Shown here: piece by piece, positions 47,001-56,855 of the stretch
Layout: each line of letters starts with the position of its first letter
Numbering within the stretch: position 1 is the first letter of the stretch
Source of the DNA: Felis catus
Taxonomy: Eukaryota
DNA length: 64,000 nucleotides
Reading direction: 5' to 3'
Assembly: GCF_018350175.1 (NCBI RefSeq)
Contig: NC_058368.1
Location: 192,388,001 to 192,452,000 of the forward strand
Translations under genes and position numbers: made by a program
Notes under the pieces: generated by a model
Databases searched by the model: none
Seen by the model: the letters and a program-made list of their open reading frames with translations, nothing else
Told to the model about the DNA's origin: nothing

Positions 47001-50000
47001 GAAAAGCCTACCTTGAATTACTGGAATGCATGTCTGGAGGGTAAGGTGGTTACCACAAGTACGGAGGGTTATTACAAAGTGCCCTATAAACAGGACCTCT
47101 GATGGAGGGGCTCATCTGGGTTTACTAACAGTACCTCATACTGAGATGGAGAAGCCCCTCACTACATGTGACAGATTTAGATGGCTGGCTTTACAAAATT
47201 CATCAATAAAGACCCACGCTCCTCACACCTATACCTACAGCTTTGCCAGTCCAGAGGTACAGCCAACAGAAAGGTAACAAGTCAAGAATGTCCCTGGAAT
47301 TCTCAGAAAATCCCTCAGGGAGACACCCTAGGCTATCTGCCACAAGTCGGCCAAATGGCCCTGGTAACTTCTGCAAATAGTGTTACTTGAAAATTAAGCC
47401 AACTCCTGATTATCCATACTCAGTTAGGAAAGTCACGAATAACTCCTCAGATGAGGTCACTGAAACCACTGCACACGTATCTGGCTTTGGAATGCATCTT
47501 CTGGAACATAAATCGCTTACACCTGTGTGGGACATTTTATCTAATAAACGAGGCTACCCCATACTTGTATTAATTTGATCCTCGAAACAACCTCAGTACA
47601 GAGATTAGTCCCATTCTGTGTGTAAGAAAAACAGAGGTTAGGCAAGCTAAGGTCACCAAGTGAGAGAAGACACAGGGACTCTGCCCCTATTCAGATTTAA
47701 ATCACCTCTCCCTCTGCTCCTTCACCTGGCTCTTTCCTATGCTTTCATTAGCCAGGTGTCAAAACTTACTTCCTTTCATGAACCCCCAGCAAGGTAAGGC
47801 CATGCTCTCTCCTGACCACTCTGTCAGGTAACTCTGGACTAGCCAGGGGTGTTTGTGAGCCCAGACTGAGGCACCTGTAAGCCCTCTTGAGGCCCCAGCA
47901 CCCTAATTACCCACTTTGTGAGCTTGTCTTGGATTTTGCAAACAGGGGCACTCCCATCTGCCGAGCTCTCCATTTTAAAGAGGTTTTTGTGGTTTCAGGC
48001 CCGCTCCTCCTCCTCTCCCTGCCGGCCTCCCTTTGGGAGGGAGTGAGTGCTGAGTAACAGCTCTAAAATGCTTACTCTAGCCTAGGTCCCACAGCAGTCA
48101 GTGGGTGGGTCAGCCAAGAGACTCCACCCCTCAGGAGATCTAGGGGTCAGACTGCAGAGACTGACCCTAGCCTGACCAGGGAAAGGTCTCCTTCCCCAGG
48201 CAGGCACTCACTGCCCAGAGAAGTATACAACTCAACTCCCCACCCCCTACCTCCCCTTCAGAGGGTCCTAACTGTGTGCTTTCTTTAGAAGAGAAAGAAA
48301 TTTGAACTGCAGGAAAACAGCTTTGAACCCTCATTTATGGAGGCTAACCTAGCAGTTCTTAGCCAAGGGTGCACAATATAAACAGTTATGGAGCTCATCA
48401 CCCCTGACCAGTAATTCCTTAATAGTCATCTAAAGTGATCAGATTTCCTCAGTTGTCACCAAAGTATCTTCTTGAAACTGTTTCAAATCAGAATCCACAC
48501 AATGCATCTGACTGATGTCTCAAGTCTTTTTGTCTGTTAACAGTTCCCTCTTTAAAAAATGTCATTTATTGGTTGTTTGTCCTGTAGAATCGCTCACGTT
48601 CAAAAATTAGATAACTGCTACCTCGTGGTCAATCTGTTCCTCTACATCTACACATCTACGGTTTTATTGGGTTGGGTTCAGTTCTTTGGTGGGGGGAGAT
48701 TTTCATAAGCAGTGCTGTGTGCTTCCTAATAGGGTACTACAAGGCACATAATGTCTGCTTGCTCCGCAATGTCTGATATGTACCCCAAGTGATCCACCAA
48801 GGTTCGTGAAGCCAGAAGAGTCTAGCCCTCTCAGGACTTGGATTCAAAACTGGAGTTCTTAACCACCACGACAGACATACACGTACACATACAAAAAGCT
48901 CTCTTTTGGTTTCTGTCTTTCATGCGAAAGGATTTCTTGAAAGAAAGTTTTTATGATACTAAAAATACTGTGAAGACATTTAGACCTAATCAGATTCCCT
49001 CATTTTTAGATGAAGAAACAGAGGCAGAGAAAGCATGGGGGTGGCTGGTATCCACAAGGCTGGTCACCAACAGAATCAGAAGTGGAACAAGCATGCTTAA
49101 TAATGGTCATCACTTATTATAAAAAGTATTAAATAGCAGTTACTGGATAGGCAACACTTATTAGATGGTCTGTGCCTGGCATCATACTAAGGGCTTTATA
49201 AACGTTATCTTCCTTAATTCTCAAAACTCTTTGAAATAGTTAATTATCAATATTCTCATTTTGAGAATGAGAAAATAGTGGCTCAGAGAGGCTGAGTAAT
49301 TCACCCAAGATTGCACAGCAAGTTAGAGGCAAAGCTCAATATATACAAATATCAAATCATGATGTTGCATACTGGAAACCAATATGTCCATTATACCTCA
49401 ATTTAAAAAAAAAACAGCAGCAGCTGCAGCAAAACAGGTAAAGCTGGGATTCAAAATTGCAGACTGTATGATTCCAAGGCAGAGAGAGCTCGTGCTTCCT
49501 CCCAGTCCACTTCTCAAGGTGGGGAGGGAAGAGGCCAAGGTCTGGAGGAGCTCTGATGCTATGCTGAAAACTGATACTCCAGATCCACAGAGATGCCCCA
49601 CGCTAGTGCAACTAGGAGGGATTTGGGAAAGGGCCTAAACCTAGGAAGAAAAGTAAAGAAAGAGAGTAGAGGTTTATTTGGGGCCAGCTCGGTGGGGTAC
49701 AGAATCCCTGGGGTTGCCCTGGGTTAGCTGGGATTGTAAGTCTTCTTTATTTTGTGCCATCAGTTAGCTGCACTTCAAAGGAACACACACAAAAAAGTGA
49801 TGCCCAGAACATAAATACTCAAGGCTGAGACTCTGCCTAGGCTTTCCTTTACAGTCAAGAAAAAGACCACAGCACTGCTTAATTTTCTTATGACATGGAG
49901 ATGAAGGTGCCACACAACCAACCCACTGATTCCCCCTGCTGGGGTGGGTAGAAGCTTGTGGTGATGACACGTTCAAGTCTCAACCCACTGCACATGCATT

Positions 50001-53000
50001 AGCCACAGCAAACTTTTAGTTCAGTTATAGCCTCTCCCCACTGCCCCAAGAGCACATGGGCACTCTCCCAAAGGTAGCTTTTAACGAAAGGCAAATAAAC
50101 AAATTAAAATTTATTTTTAAAACATGCATCATACCACATTCCAGAGCAAAAAGAGCCAATTCTTTGGGTCAGCAACCCTTAAGATTATCCATAATATGCC
50201 CTTTGTGTCTGCGGATAAGCAAAACTCCATTTTAAGGAGATGGGTCCCATGTATTTCACAGACTAGTGACACAATACCAGAAAAGGAAAGTACTGCATTG
50301 TCCACTGCCCTTATCTTACAGGTGGAAAAAACGGAGACCCAGAAAAAGTCCTGGAAAGCCCCATAGTCTCCCAGTCTCCCAGGCACTGGGCTACCACCAC
50401 AGTGAATGATCACAACCCCAGGAAGCAAATAAATCATAATTTAATCCCTCTTATACAAATGGAGCTCAGACACATAATGGCTAAGCAACTTGCCAAGGAG
50501 GCACAACTACCAAGTGGTAGAGCTGACATTTGAGCCAATGCAGTTTTAACCCCAGAACCTTTGCTATGCATGTATCATTTCCCATCCTGCTTCTCTCATA
50601 CTCAAAACTGAGTTGTGGCTAGAAGGAAAAAATTTTAAACGACTTCAAAACATTCTAGGGGAAGGAAATACAAAGAGCCAAAATGCAAATCCTGACTTGA
50701 AAACTACAAATGTAAGATGTGGAAGCTTAAACCAGAATAGAAAACAGCACAAGAAAGGGGGATATTGAAAAACATCTTTTATTACTAGTTACTGCATGTG
50801 TCCCTTAAAGAACTAAAACACTAGCATCTGAGCCAAAAGGAGGGCTAAAAATAGGCATTTGCAGCAAGCTTTGGAAGCTTTTAGCTTTGCTTATGAGGCA
50901 CTCATTTCTGTAGACTCCCAAAAACATATGCATCACAGAACACACAATTTCCCAAGACCACACTGTGCATTGGTGTCACATTTAAACCTGTCCAAGCTGC
51001 AAATAATATCAGGGCTGAAAAAATGGCCTTAGCAATCCATGTGGACTCCAAAGAAAGGGCCACCATCTAACCTTATCAGACAATTCAGTCACAAAATTCT
51101 CCCTCAAAAAGCACCCAAGCCCTAACAACAGAGAAGCTACTGAATTAATTGAGAGTTAGTCTGTCAAAGACTAGTCCAAAGGTTCAAAAACGGATGAGTA
51201 GACAAAACACTTTCTTGCCTTATGATTCCAGAAAAACAAGAACAGAACAAAACTCCCAGACTCAGAATTTTGCTTTGGGCACTTAAAGCAAGTTGGCTTC
51301 TCCACTCCAAGGAAAGGCAAGATGCCAGCCAAGCTGTCTTCTTCCCACGATCAATAACCCCAGTGACGCACCCTATCAAGGGCCCCTGCACTTGCACAAA
51401 ATGCCAGCTCAGGCACCCAATACCACCTGATGTCATGGCTGATTTAAAACCCACAAGGCAGGTTCACCATTAGCTAAGCAGCAGCAGCCAGGGTGAGTAG
51501 CCCCATTTAAACTTCTGAAGAGTGCTCTCTCCTGGGGATGATTATACCCCTTTGAGTTTAAAGAGGGGGGAAGGACCAAAGACTGTCTTAAAAGTTGCCT
51601 TCCCTCCTACTGTGGGTGGATCGTGAGGGATATGCAAGAAAATGGGAGGTTTCAGCACTGCCCTTTGCATAAGAGGGTTCTGGAAGGGAAAGGGGGGAAG
51701 GGGAGAGGGCAGAAGGAAGAGAACACAGTTTGAGGTACTATTAGTAAACCTCAAATGTCCCCTCCTCCAAATGAAGCAACCTTAAAAGAAATAAAATTGC
51801 AACATGACATTTTCAGAATTGGCTGCTCTGGTTTCCCTAGGACTAAGGGTGATTCTAATCCCTTGAATGTGAAGGCATTAATCTCCTTCAACTTTCCCCA
51901 TTTTGATGGTTTAAACCAGTCAGCTTCAACCAGCGATTACAGAAGAGGAACACTGAAAAAGCAGTAACGCTACGGCCACAGGCCGTCATTATACTACAAG
52001 CGGGTTTGGACACTGGTCCACTTCAACAGGACCCAAAACAGATCCGCTGTGCCTCTCTATACGCCGGCAAAGGGAGGCGGTAGGGCGCGCCCCCCACCCA
52101 AGCCGACCGTAAGTCTCGGCAAAGGGAGGCCCAGACGAGCCTCCAAATTCTGCACCGCCTCCCCGCCCCCCCCTCCCCACGCTGACACGGCTCCGCCGGG
52201 ATCTCCCAAGTGGCCGGGTCCTTAGGACCGAAAATCCGAACGGGGAGAGGGAGGGCGCGGGGAGCGCCGGCCGGCAGTCACATGCCGCTCCCCGCGCGGG
52301 GAGGCACCACGTTGTCCCGGCTGCGGAGGAATGCCGGGAAGGGGGGCCGCGCACTCACACTCGCGCACACGCACAGTCCGGGCCGCGCCGCGCCGCCGGC
52401 CCGCACCCGCCTTCCACCCCCAGCGCGGCGGCGGGCGCCGAACGCACAGGCCCAGCGGCCGCGAGCAGTCCGCGGGCCGGCGGCGCATGGCGCCCAACTG
52501 TCACCCGCCCGCCCAGCCCAGCCACTCCCTCCCCCGTCGCCACACGCCCCTCGTGTCGCCGCATGCCCCTTTCCTCGCCTCACATTTTCCGCCAGCCCCT
52601 AACTGGATCCCCGCACACTCGCCATCCGGCTCCCTCTCGAGGCGGAAGGTCCCCGGGATCGGGAAGGGAAACCACCGAATTCAATGACACGTTGGGTTTC
52701 CTCTTCTCATCATTCTCCCCGTAACCGACCCCTCAACCCGTCACCAATGGCGATTCTACCGCCTATAATCGTCTACCAGAGAACAAAACTTGTTAACTTT
52801 TAAATCCCGAATCCGTGTGGTCGGTATCAACTCATCACCCGGCGCTTCGCTGCCCATGACATATGCTCATTAAACATTTACAACATGGGGACGATCGCAA
52901 CGCTACCAAAACGGGGAGCATGGGGCGGGGTGGGAAAAGGGGCTTCCCAAGAAGGGGTTAGGCTAGAAACCGTCCTCGACACCCAACACGCGGAGGGAGG

Positions 53001-53760
53001 GGGGTAGGTGGGCCCTTTTCACCGAAACCAGCGCCCACCCTCTCCTGGCGAGGTAGGCCCGGACCACGCCGTTGCCCACTAACCGCTGAGGCCCAGGCGG
53101 TGGCCGCGGGCTCCCGAGGGCTGGGCCCTCCGGCAGGGGCAGCTTCCCGAGTATGTCGGGAAGGAGGGCACGGCGACCCAAGAGGCAATTAAAAAAAAAA
53201 AATCCCGAGTCACCACTACCAGTGGCGGACCCCCGGGCCCTGAAGGCCGCTGGGGGAGGGGACGCCCAAGTCCCCGGAAGAGGTCCCTGGACCCAGGATA
53301 GCAAACAGGGAGACCCACCTGGAGGGGACTGTCCGTTCACCGTGGCCAGGACCGGCGGCAGCGCGTTCTTAGTCCACGGGTTCACCTTGGGCGGAGGGGC
53401 CTCCACGAAGTCACGGCGCCCGGCGCCCGCGGCTCCGACCGCTCCTCCGCCTGCTCCCGGCTCGCCGCCGCCGCCCTCCTCCCCGTCGCTGACGGCCAGG
53501 CCCTCGGCGCCGGGTGGCTGCGGCGGCCGCGGGCTCTCGCGCTCCAGCTGCCCGGTGCCCTCCTTGTGTGGCTTGGCGCAGGGCGGCCGAGATCTCCGGG
53601 CGCCGCCGTCCGGCTCCCCCCCGCCGACGTCGTTCGCCCCGGGTTCGCCCTTGCCCTCGGGCGGCGGCGGCGGCGGCTTCTTCCTCACTAGACCCCCGTG
53701 CTCTTCGGCCTGCAAGAGCGGGGCGCCCCCCGGCAGCAGCGGCTCCACCTGAGTGGCCAT
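1252..53760 (-). CDS. LARP1: La-related protein 1, spliced CDS of 19 exons (3309 nt, 1102 aa)
   Basis: Manual exon assembly gives one uninterrupted frame, [12 protein letters not shown]...HSDTQTLGK*, recognisable throughout as LARP1 (RG repeat, La motif, PAM2, DM15). All 18 introns are GT..AG with matching phases. Confidence 0.98.
2980..3107 (-). CDS. LARP1: LARP1 exon 18 (DM15: [16 protein letters not shown]...EDFRVD), 128 nt
   Basis: Acceptor tcctgcag|, donor GAT|gtgagt. Confidence 0.96.
3303..3412 (-). CDS. LARP1: LARP1 exon 17 (DM15: [19 protein letters not shown]...), 110 nt
   Basis: Acceptor tcctacag|, donor CTG|gtgaga; absent from the ORF track. Confidence 0.96.
3600..3753. mobile_element. 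MER58-like hAT DNA transposon remnant
   Basis: Terminal inverted repeats cagaggtcagcaaact ... agtttgccaataccctg. Confidence 0.65.
3991..4174 (+). mobile_element. Can-SINE (feliform type)
   Basis: tRNA-derived head GGGGC.CCTG.GTGGCTC, B-box GGTTCGAGCCC, (CT)n, A-tail, imperfect flanking duplication aaaaattataa. Confidence 0.9.
4946..5090 (-). CDS. LARP1: LARP1 exon 16 (DM15: [25 protein letters not shown]...), 145 nt
   Basis: Acceptor cccaatcag|, donor CAG|gtgagc. Confidence 0.96.
5558..5992 (+). mobile_element. Two tandem Can-SINEs (about 5558-5770 and 5793-5992) inserted in an L1 remnant
   Basis: Two SINE heads, each with (CT)n and A-tail. Confidence 0.88.
6000..7005 (+). mobile_element. 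Old LINE-1 3' fragment (end of ORF2 and 3' UTR)
   Basis: ORF 6207..6500 MADKHMKK...[11 protein letters not shown] resembles the L1 ORF2 C-terminus, followed by typical L1M 3' UTR motifs. Confidence 0.85.
7121..8030 (+). mobile_element. Cluster of four Can-SINEs (about 7121-7325, 7343-7512, 7594-7797, 7802-8030)
   Basis: Four successive SINE heads and A-tails in the same orientation. Confidence 0.9.
8102..8225 (+). mobile_element. MER58-like DNA transposon fragment
   Basis: caggggtcagcaaact...ggccagagagtaaatgttttaggcttt matches a MER58 end. Confidence 0.65.
8497..8648 (-). CDS. LARP1: LARP1 exon 15 (SSPSEG...[14 protein letters not shown]...RCLN; start of DM15 region), 152 nt
   Basis: Acceptor acctctag|, donor ACG|gtaagt. 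Confidence 0.95.
9537..9643 (-). CDS. LARP1: LARP1 exon 14 ([23 protein letters not shown]...), 107 nt
   Basis: Acceptor ctttgcag|, donor CAG|gtgcca. Confidence 0.95.
10097..10302 (-). CDS. LARP1: LARP1 exon 13 (VPTDALANK...[15 protein letters not shown]), 206 nt
   Basis: Acceptor ctctgcag|, donor AAG|gtgagg. Confidence 0.95.
10426..10549 (-). CDS. LARP1: LARP1 exon 12 (QEVENFKKV...PPRFQQ), 124 nt
   Basis: Acceptor ctctgcag|, donor AAG|gtgaga. Confidence 0.95.
11364..11756 (-). CDS. LARP1: LARP1 exon 11 (KSEEPRF...LDFLFDEEM...EYSQIK), 393 nt
   Basis: Acceptor cattttag|, donor AAG|gtgagg. Confidence 0.95.
13630..13799 (-). CDS. LARP1: LARP1 exon 10 (ESAPGSPR...SPARPK), 170 nt
   Basis: Acceptor ccctccag|, donor AAG|gtgtgt. 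Confidence 0.95.
13904..14078 (-). CDS. LARP1: LARP1 exon 9 (end of La motif; PAM2 motif [11 protein letters not shown]), 175 nt
   Basis: Acceptor tcctgcag|, donor CAG|gtaggt. Confidence 0.96.
15177..15385 (+). mobile_element. Can-SINE
   Basis: Head ggggtgcctgggtagctcag, A-tail, flanking duplication gaaaatat(t/c)agta. Confidence 0.88.
15710..15779. repeat. A-rich (CAAAA)n repeat
   Basis: Direct reading. Confidence 0.85.
16812..16956 (-). CDS. LARP1: LARP1 exon 8 (La motif core, [20 protein letters not shown]...), 145 nt
   Basis: Acceptor ccacctag|, donor GCG|gtaggt; La-motif signature QIEYYFS..NL..D.FL. Confidence 0.96.
17859..18021 (-). CDS. LARP1: LARP1 exon 7 (THFDYQ...LKDYIKRQ; start of La motif), 163 nt
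   Basis: Acceptor ccccatag|, donor GAT|gtgagt. Confidence 0.95.
18121..18327 (-). CDS. LARP1: LARP1 exon 6 including the RG-dipeptide repeat, 207 nt
   Basis: Acceptor ccccatag|, donor GAA|gtacgt; encodes [21 protein letters not shown]. Confidence 0.94.
18404..18532 (-). CDS. LARP1: LARP1 exon 5 ([12 protein letters not shown]...GEIK), 129 nt
   Basis: Acceptor tcctccag|, donor AAG|gtatgc. Confidence 0.95.
19458..19632 (-). CDS. LARP1: LARP1 exon 4 (PQPHKSQ...GGQKKK), 175 nt
   Basis: Acceptor ctactgcag|, donor AAG|gtgagt; matches ORF 19381..19881. Confidence 0.95.
20582..20647 (-). CDS. LARP1: LARP1 exon 3 ([22 protein letters not shown]), 66 nt
   Basis: Acceptor ccttgcag|, donor CAG|gtgagt. 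Confidence 0.95.
20898..20959 (-). CDS. LARP1: LARP1 exon 2 ([21 protein letters not shown]), 62 nt
   Basis: Acceptor ttcccacag|, donor AAG|gtaagg; absent from the ORF track, found by translation. Confidence 0.95.
21788..22003 (+). mobile_element. Can-SINE
   Basis: Consensus head and tail; TSD caatttttagagca. Confidence 0.9.
22840..23040 (+). mobile_element. Can-SINE
   Basis: Consensus head, B-box, A-rich tail. Confidence 0.88.
24320..24520 (+). mobile_element. Can-SINE (older)
   Basis: ggggcggctgggtggctc...tcatgatctcacaggttcgtgagtttgagccc. Confidence 0.82.
25270..25506 (-). mobile_element. Can-SINE
   Basis: Reverse-complement SINE ending in ...gactgagccacccaggcatcc. Confidence 0.87.
27322..27555 (-). 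mobile_element. Can-SINE
   Basis: Reverse-complement SINE; TSD taactggtctcatttta. Confidence 0.9.
28021..28091. repeat. Compound (GA)n(GT)n microsatellite
   Basis: About 24 AG units followed by about 22 TG units. Confidence 0.97.
31469..31693 (-). mobile_element. Young cat-type SINE (SINEC_Fc-like)
   Basis: CpG-intact, near-consensus copy; 15-bp TSD ctctctagtgcttta at 31454-31468 and 31693-31707. Confidence 0.93.
31900..31981. repeat. (GGAA)n/(GGGA)n tetranucleotide repeat
   Basis: Direct reading. Confidence 0.95.
34995..35189 (+). mobile_element. Can-SINE inserted in a MIR
   Basis: Head ggggcacctgggtgg, A-tail, flanking aagagcct duplication. Confidence 0.85.
36800..36990 (+). mobile_element. 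Can-SINE preceded by a poly-G run
   Basis: Head gggcgcctgggtggctcag, (TAAA)n tail. Confidence 0.85.
37146..37171. repeat. (TG)n microsatellite
   Basis: Direct reading. Confidence 0.9.
37986..38055. repeat. Compound (TG)n(TA)n microsatellite
   Basis: Direct reading. Confidence 0.95.
38088..38385. mobile_element. MER33/MER3-like DNA transposon
   Basis: gtgctttccaata...gctagccacatgtgg...atttctattaggcaacac pattern. Confidence 0.65.
41335..41565 (-). mobile_element. Can-SINE
   Basis: Reverse-complement SINE with (GA)n and T-tail. Confidence 0.88.
42655..42875 (-). mobile_element. Can-SINE with internal poly-G
   Basis: Reverse-complement SINE; TSD ataacagctt. Confidence 0.83.
45340..45548 (+). 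mobile_element. Can-SINE
   Basis: Head gggcgcctgggtggctcag and A-tail. Confidence 0.88.
45970..46700 (-). mobile_element. L2 LINE remnant
   Basis: cattcattca...gagctgcctactatgtgccag...gggaaggcctctc...ggaattttattcc pattern typical of L2. Confidence 0.65.
53319..53760 (-). CDS. LARP1: LARP1 coding exon 1 (MATQVEP...NGQSPP), 442 nt
   Basis: ATG at 53760-53758; donor CAG|gtgggt; includes conserved [12 protein letters not shown]; ends phase 1. Confidence 0.96.
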
Positions 53761-54325
53761 CTGCGCGCCCGCCCCCCCGGAGAAGCCGGGCGCGCCCGAG
53801 GCTGCCTCCCCCGCCTCGAACTTGGCTTTCAGGGCACCCGCGACGCCTTCCTCCGGGGCGCTGGGCCCCAGTCCCTGCGGAGAAGGGTCGGGGTTCACGC
53901 TAGGCGCGGCCCCCCTCGCGGACGGATGCAGCCGCCGTAGATCCGAGGCCCACTGGCGGGGCGGGGGGGGGAGGAAGGCCCCCCACTCTGCGGTCCAGGC
54001 CTCCTCGGCGCGCGTCCCCCCCCGCCCGTTCCTCGCAGGGCGCCCCCACCCCGAGCCCGGCAGGCTTCTCGTCCCGTCCCTCCCTCCCCCCCGCCGCCGG
54101 GGCGGCCCGGGCTTCCCGGCTCGGGGGCTGCAGCAATATGGACGGACGGGGGAGAGGCGCGGCGAGCCGAGGCGACCACGCGATCCGCGGCAGGCGGCGG
54201 GCGGGCGCGCGCCTCGCGACGCGGCGGGCGAGGGGAGGGGACGGCGCCGCGGGGACGCGCCCGCCGAGGCCTGCCCTCGGCGACGGGCGGGCGGGCGAAG
54301 GCGGCGGGAGCGCGCGCGCACAGCC
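53761..54325 (-). other. LARP1: LARP1 5' UTR (approximate; TSS not determinable)
   Basis: Very GC-rich, AUG-free stretch between the GC boxes at 54331-54352 and the start codon. Confidence 0.6.
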
Positions 54326-56609
54326 TCGCGGCCCCGCCCCTCACCCCGCCCCTAGCCTCTGACTCCTCGGAGCACCTCCCGGGCTGGGGGGTGAGGGGTG
54401 CTCCGACCGGACGGGGGCGAGCACGTGCCTGATGCAATTCGGGAGGGAGGGCATTGAGGGGGGCAGGAGAGGTGGGTGGGGGAAGAGGGGGAGGTGTCTT
54501 AAAGGGCCAGCACGTCAGAGCGTTCGCAGGTGGAGCACATGGGAACGGGCCACGCGGCCGACCCGGCCTGCTCGCGCTCTTTAGGCTAAGTGCACCGAAT
54601 TCGGGAGAAGGAGCCATTAATGTCATCCCGGATTTACAGAGTGAAGGAGAGGGGTGCCCATCCACTTCGAGGACGCGCCGACGCCGCCAGCTCCCTGGCG
54701 CCCCGCGGGCCTGGCCCCTCCGGGCCCGCCCGGGTGACCTTGGGCGAGTCGCCCTCACCTCTCCGGGCCGTACTGGGCTCCTCCCTGCGGCCCCGGACGG
54801 CCAGGACACTGCCCGGAGTTCGGTTCGACGCCCGGCCCCGAAGGCAGGCCCTTAACCCACGGGGACAAGAGTGCCGACGAAGTGGGAACGGAATTACCAA
54901 CCCCCAACCTGGCCAGGCCCCTGAAACCGAATATTCATGGGCAGGAAATGTTTTTTTTTCTAAAGAATTGCTTAGGGCGGAGTTGAACCAACGTGATTGG
55001 GACTCAGATACCTGAGATTTTATCCTGGCCCTGCCCCTTACCAACTCTGCAGCAGTCATTTCCTCAGTGGACCTCAGTTTCTCTGTTGTAAAACGAACCA
55101 ATGGTAAATGACAGTGATTTCAAACTTCAATGCACATTCAATAAATATTTACTAACCTCGTACTGTGAGAGCCTGAAGGGTTCTAGGAAAGGGAGTTTGG
55201 CAATCAGGCGAACAAGGTCTCTATCCTGGAATTTACACTCCGAGGTGGAGAAAGACAATAAACAGTGATAAATGCTTGTTTCCTTTCTATGAAGACGATA
55301 ACTACTACAGTGGTTGGTTAAACTAGATCTGCTACTTCAGTATGGATGATGAGGGAAAACCTTGAATGCAGATTCCAAATGTTTTCGAATGGAATATGTC
55401 TGGGATGGGACCTTGAAACCCGCAAGTCTAACAAACCTTGGATGCTTACCCATCTGGTGGTCCCACACTTCACTTGGAGAATTCCTGGTTCTGACTGGCT
55501 GTGATCCCACCACCTCAAGACATAACAGCCTGGAATGTTGGCCATCTCCAAGGCAAGGATTAGAATACATGACCTGCTGGCTATGGGAAAAGGCTTATTG
55601 AAAAGCCTCTTGGAATTGCCCCAGGGGATGAGGCTGGTTGTAACCATGACTATTGGGGAGAGGTGCTGTTGGGGGATAATCTGACGTCTAGTTCCAGCTC
55701 TTCCATAACTTGCAACTCAGCCTCTGCACATTGGTCAGCATTCCAACCTTCCATGGGCACCCCTTTCCTGGTGGTGAAATGGGGGTAAAATTATGCCTAA
55801 CTTGCTTCTGCCCTCTCAGCTTCTGTGAGGGGTCAAATGAGACGTTAGTCAAAGTGCGGTGTAAATTATAGAGACTGAGACTGGTGCTTCAAAAGAGGTA
55901 CCAAGGAAGGTAATGATCACAGGAATCTCAATGAATTTGAGCAGGATTCTTCATAATTGTATTATATATGCCCTTAATCGGAAGGTAAATTATTGTACCT
56001 TGCCACTGGAATGCACTATTTTTTATCGTACTTAACTGGTATTTCCTGAAGAGGTTATTCACACTAGACCTTCTCTGAACCTTGTTAATAAGGGACATTA
56101 TGGTCATTGGTCATTCTTTTCTATGTGCCTATAGTTGGAGTTGGAGGGTAGAGGCGCCCCCATGTAACTTGTGAGGGGACCAGGACTGTGTGCACAAGTA
56201 TCCCATTCACACTACCCAGCCATCAGTCTGAGCTGAACAAGCACCACCAGGCCTGCTGTTTGAAGGCTGGAGGGGCACTGGGATCTGCATGCACTGGGCC
56301 TGCTCTGCCCCAGAAAGGGGCTCCTAAACACCAGTGCATCATTTTGCAAATGGGAGAACTGGGGCCAGAGACAAAATAAAAAGACTACATCTTAAACTAA
56401 GGCTGTTAGAACTGGAAAAAGGAATCTCAACGATTACTCAATTTCCTTGTTTTGCAGATGAGGGCAGAGAGGTTCAGAGAACTGAAGTTATTTAAGCAAG
56501 ATCACACAGCTAGTTCATGGCAGAACCAGGTCTCACACCTGAATTTCTTGATCCTACGTCCAGTAGCCTTTTCTACATAAAATGTTGGAATTGGGATTTG
56601 AATTCAGGT

Positions 56610-56855
56610 TTTTATTATTTTAATTTTAATTTAATTTAATTTAATTTAATTTAATTTAATTTAATTTAATTTAATTTAATTTAATTTTAGAGAGAGTGTG
56701 TGAGCAAGAGAGGGGCAGAAGGAGAAAGAGAATCTTAAGCAGGTTCCATGCTGAGCGTGGAGCCTGTTATGGGGCTTGATCCATGACCCTGGGACCATGA
56801 CCTGAGCCGAAATCAAGAGTTGGACACTCAACTGACCAAGCCACCTAGATGCCCC
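56610..56855 (-). mobile_element. Can-SINE whose tail has expanded into (TTAAT)n
   Basis: Reverse-complement SINE; pentamer repeat at about 56622-56688. Confidence 0.85.

Larger units (their letters stand above)
52050..54880. promoter_or_regulatory. CpG island promoter of LARP1
   Basis: Dense CpG and high GC across exon 1. Sp/KLF GC boxes at 54331-54340 and 54344-54352, E-box CACGTG at 54422-54427, TGATGCAAT at 54430-54438, TGACGTG (minus strand) at 54511-54517. Confidence 0.92.

Noticed and set aside
53895..54809. 304-aa and other long overlapping ORFs in the CpG island
   Set aside because: Arg/Pro/Gly/Ala-rich translations expected from stop-poor GC-rich DNA.
56622..56688. Regular short direct repeats as a CRISPR-like array
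   Set aside because: A (TTAAT)n microsatellite without spacers, derived from a SINE tail in a mammalian genome.
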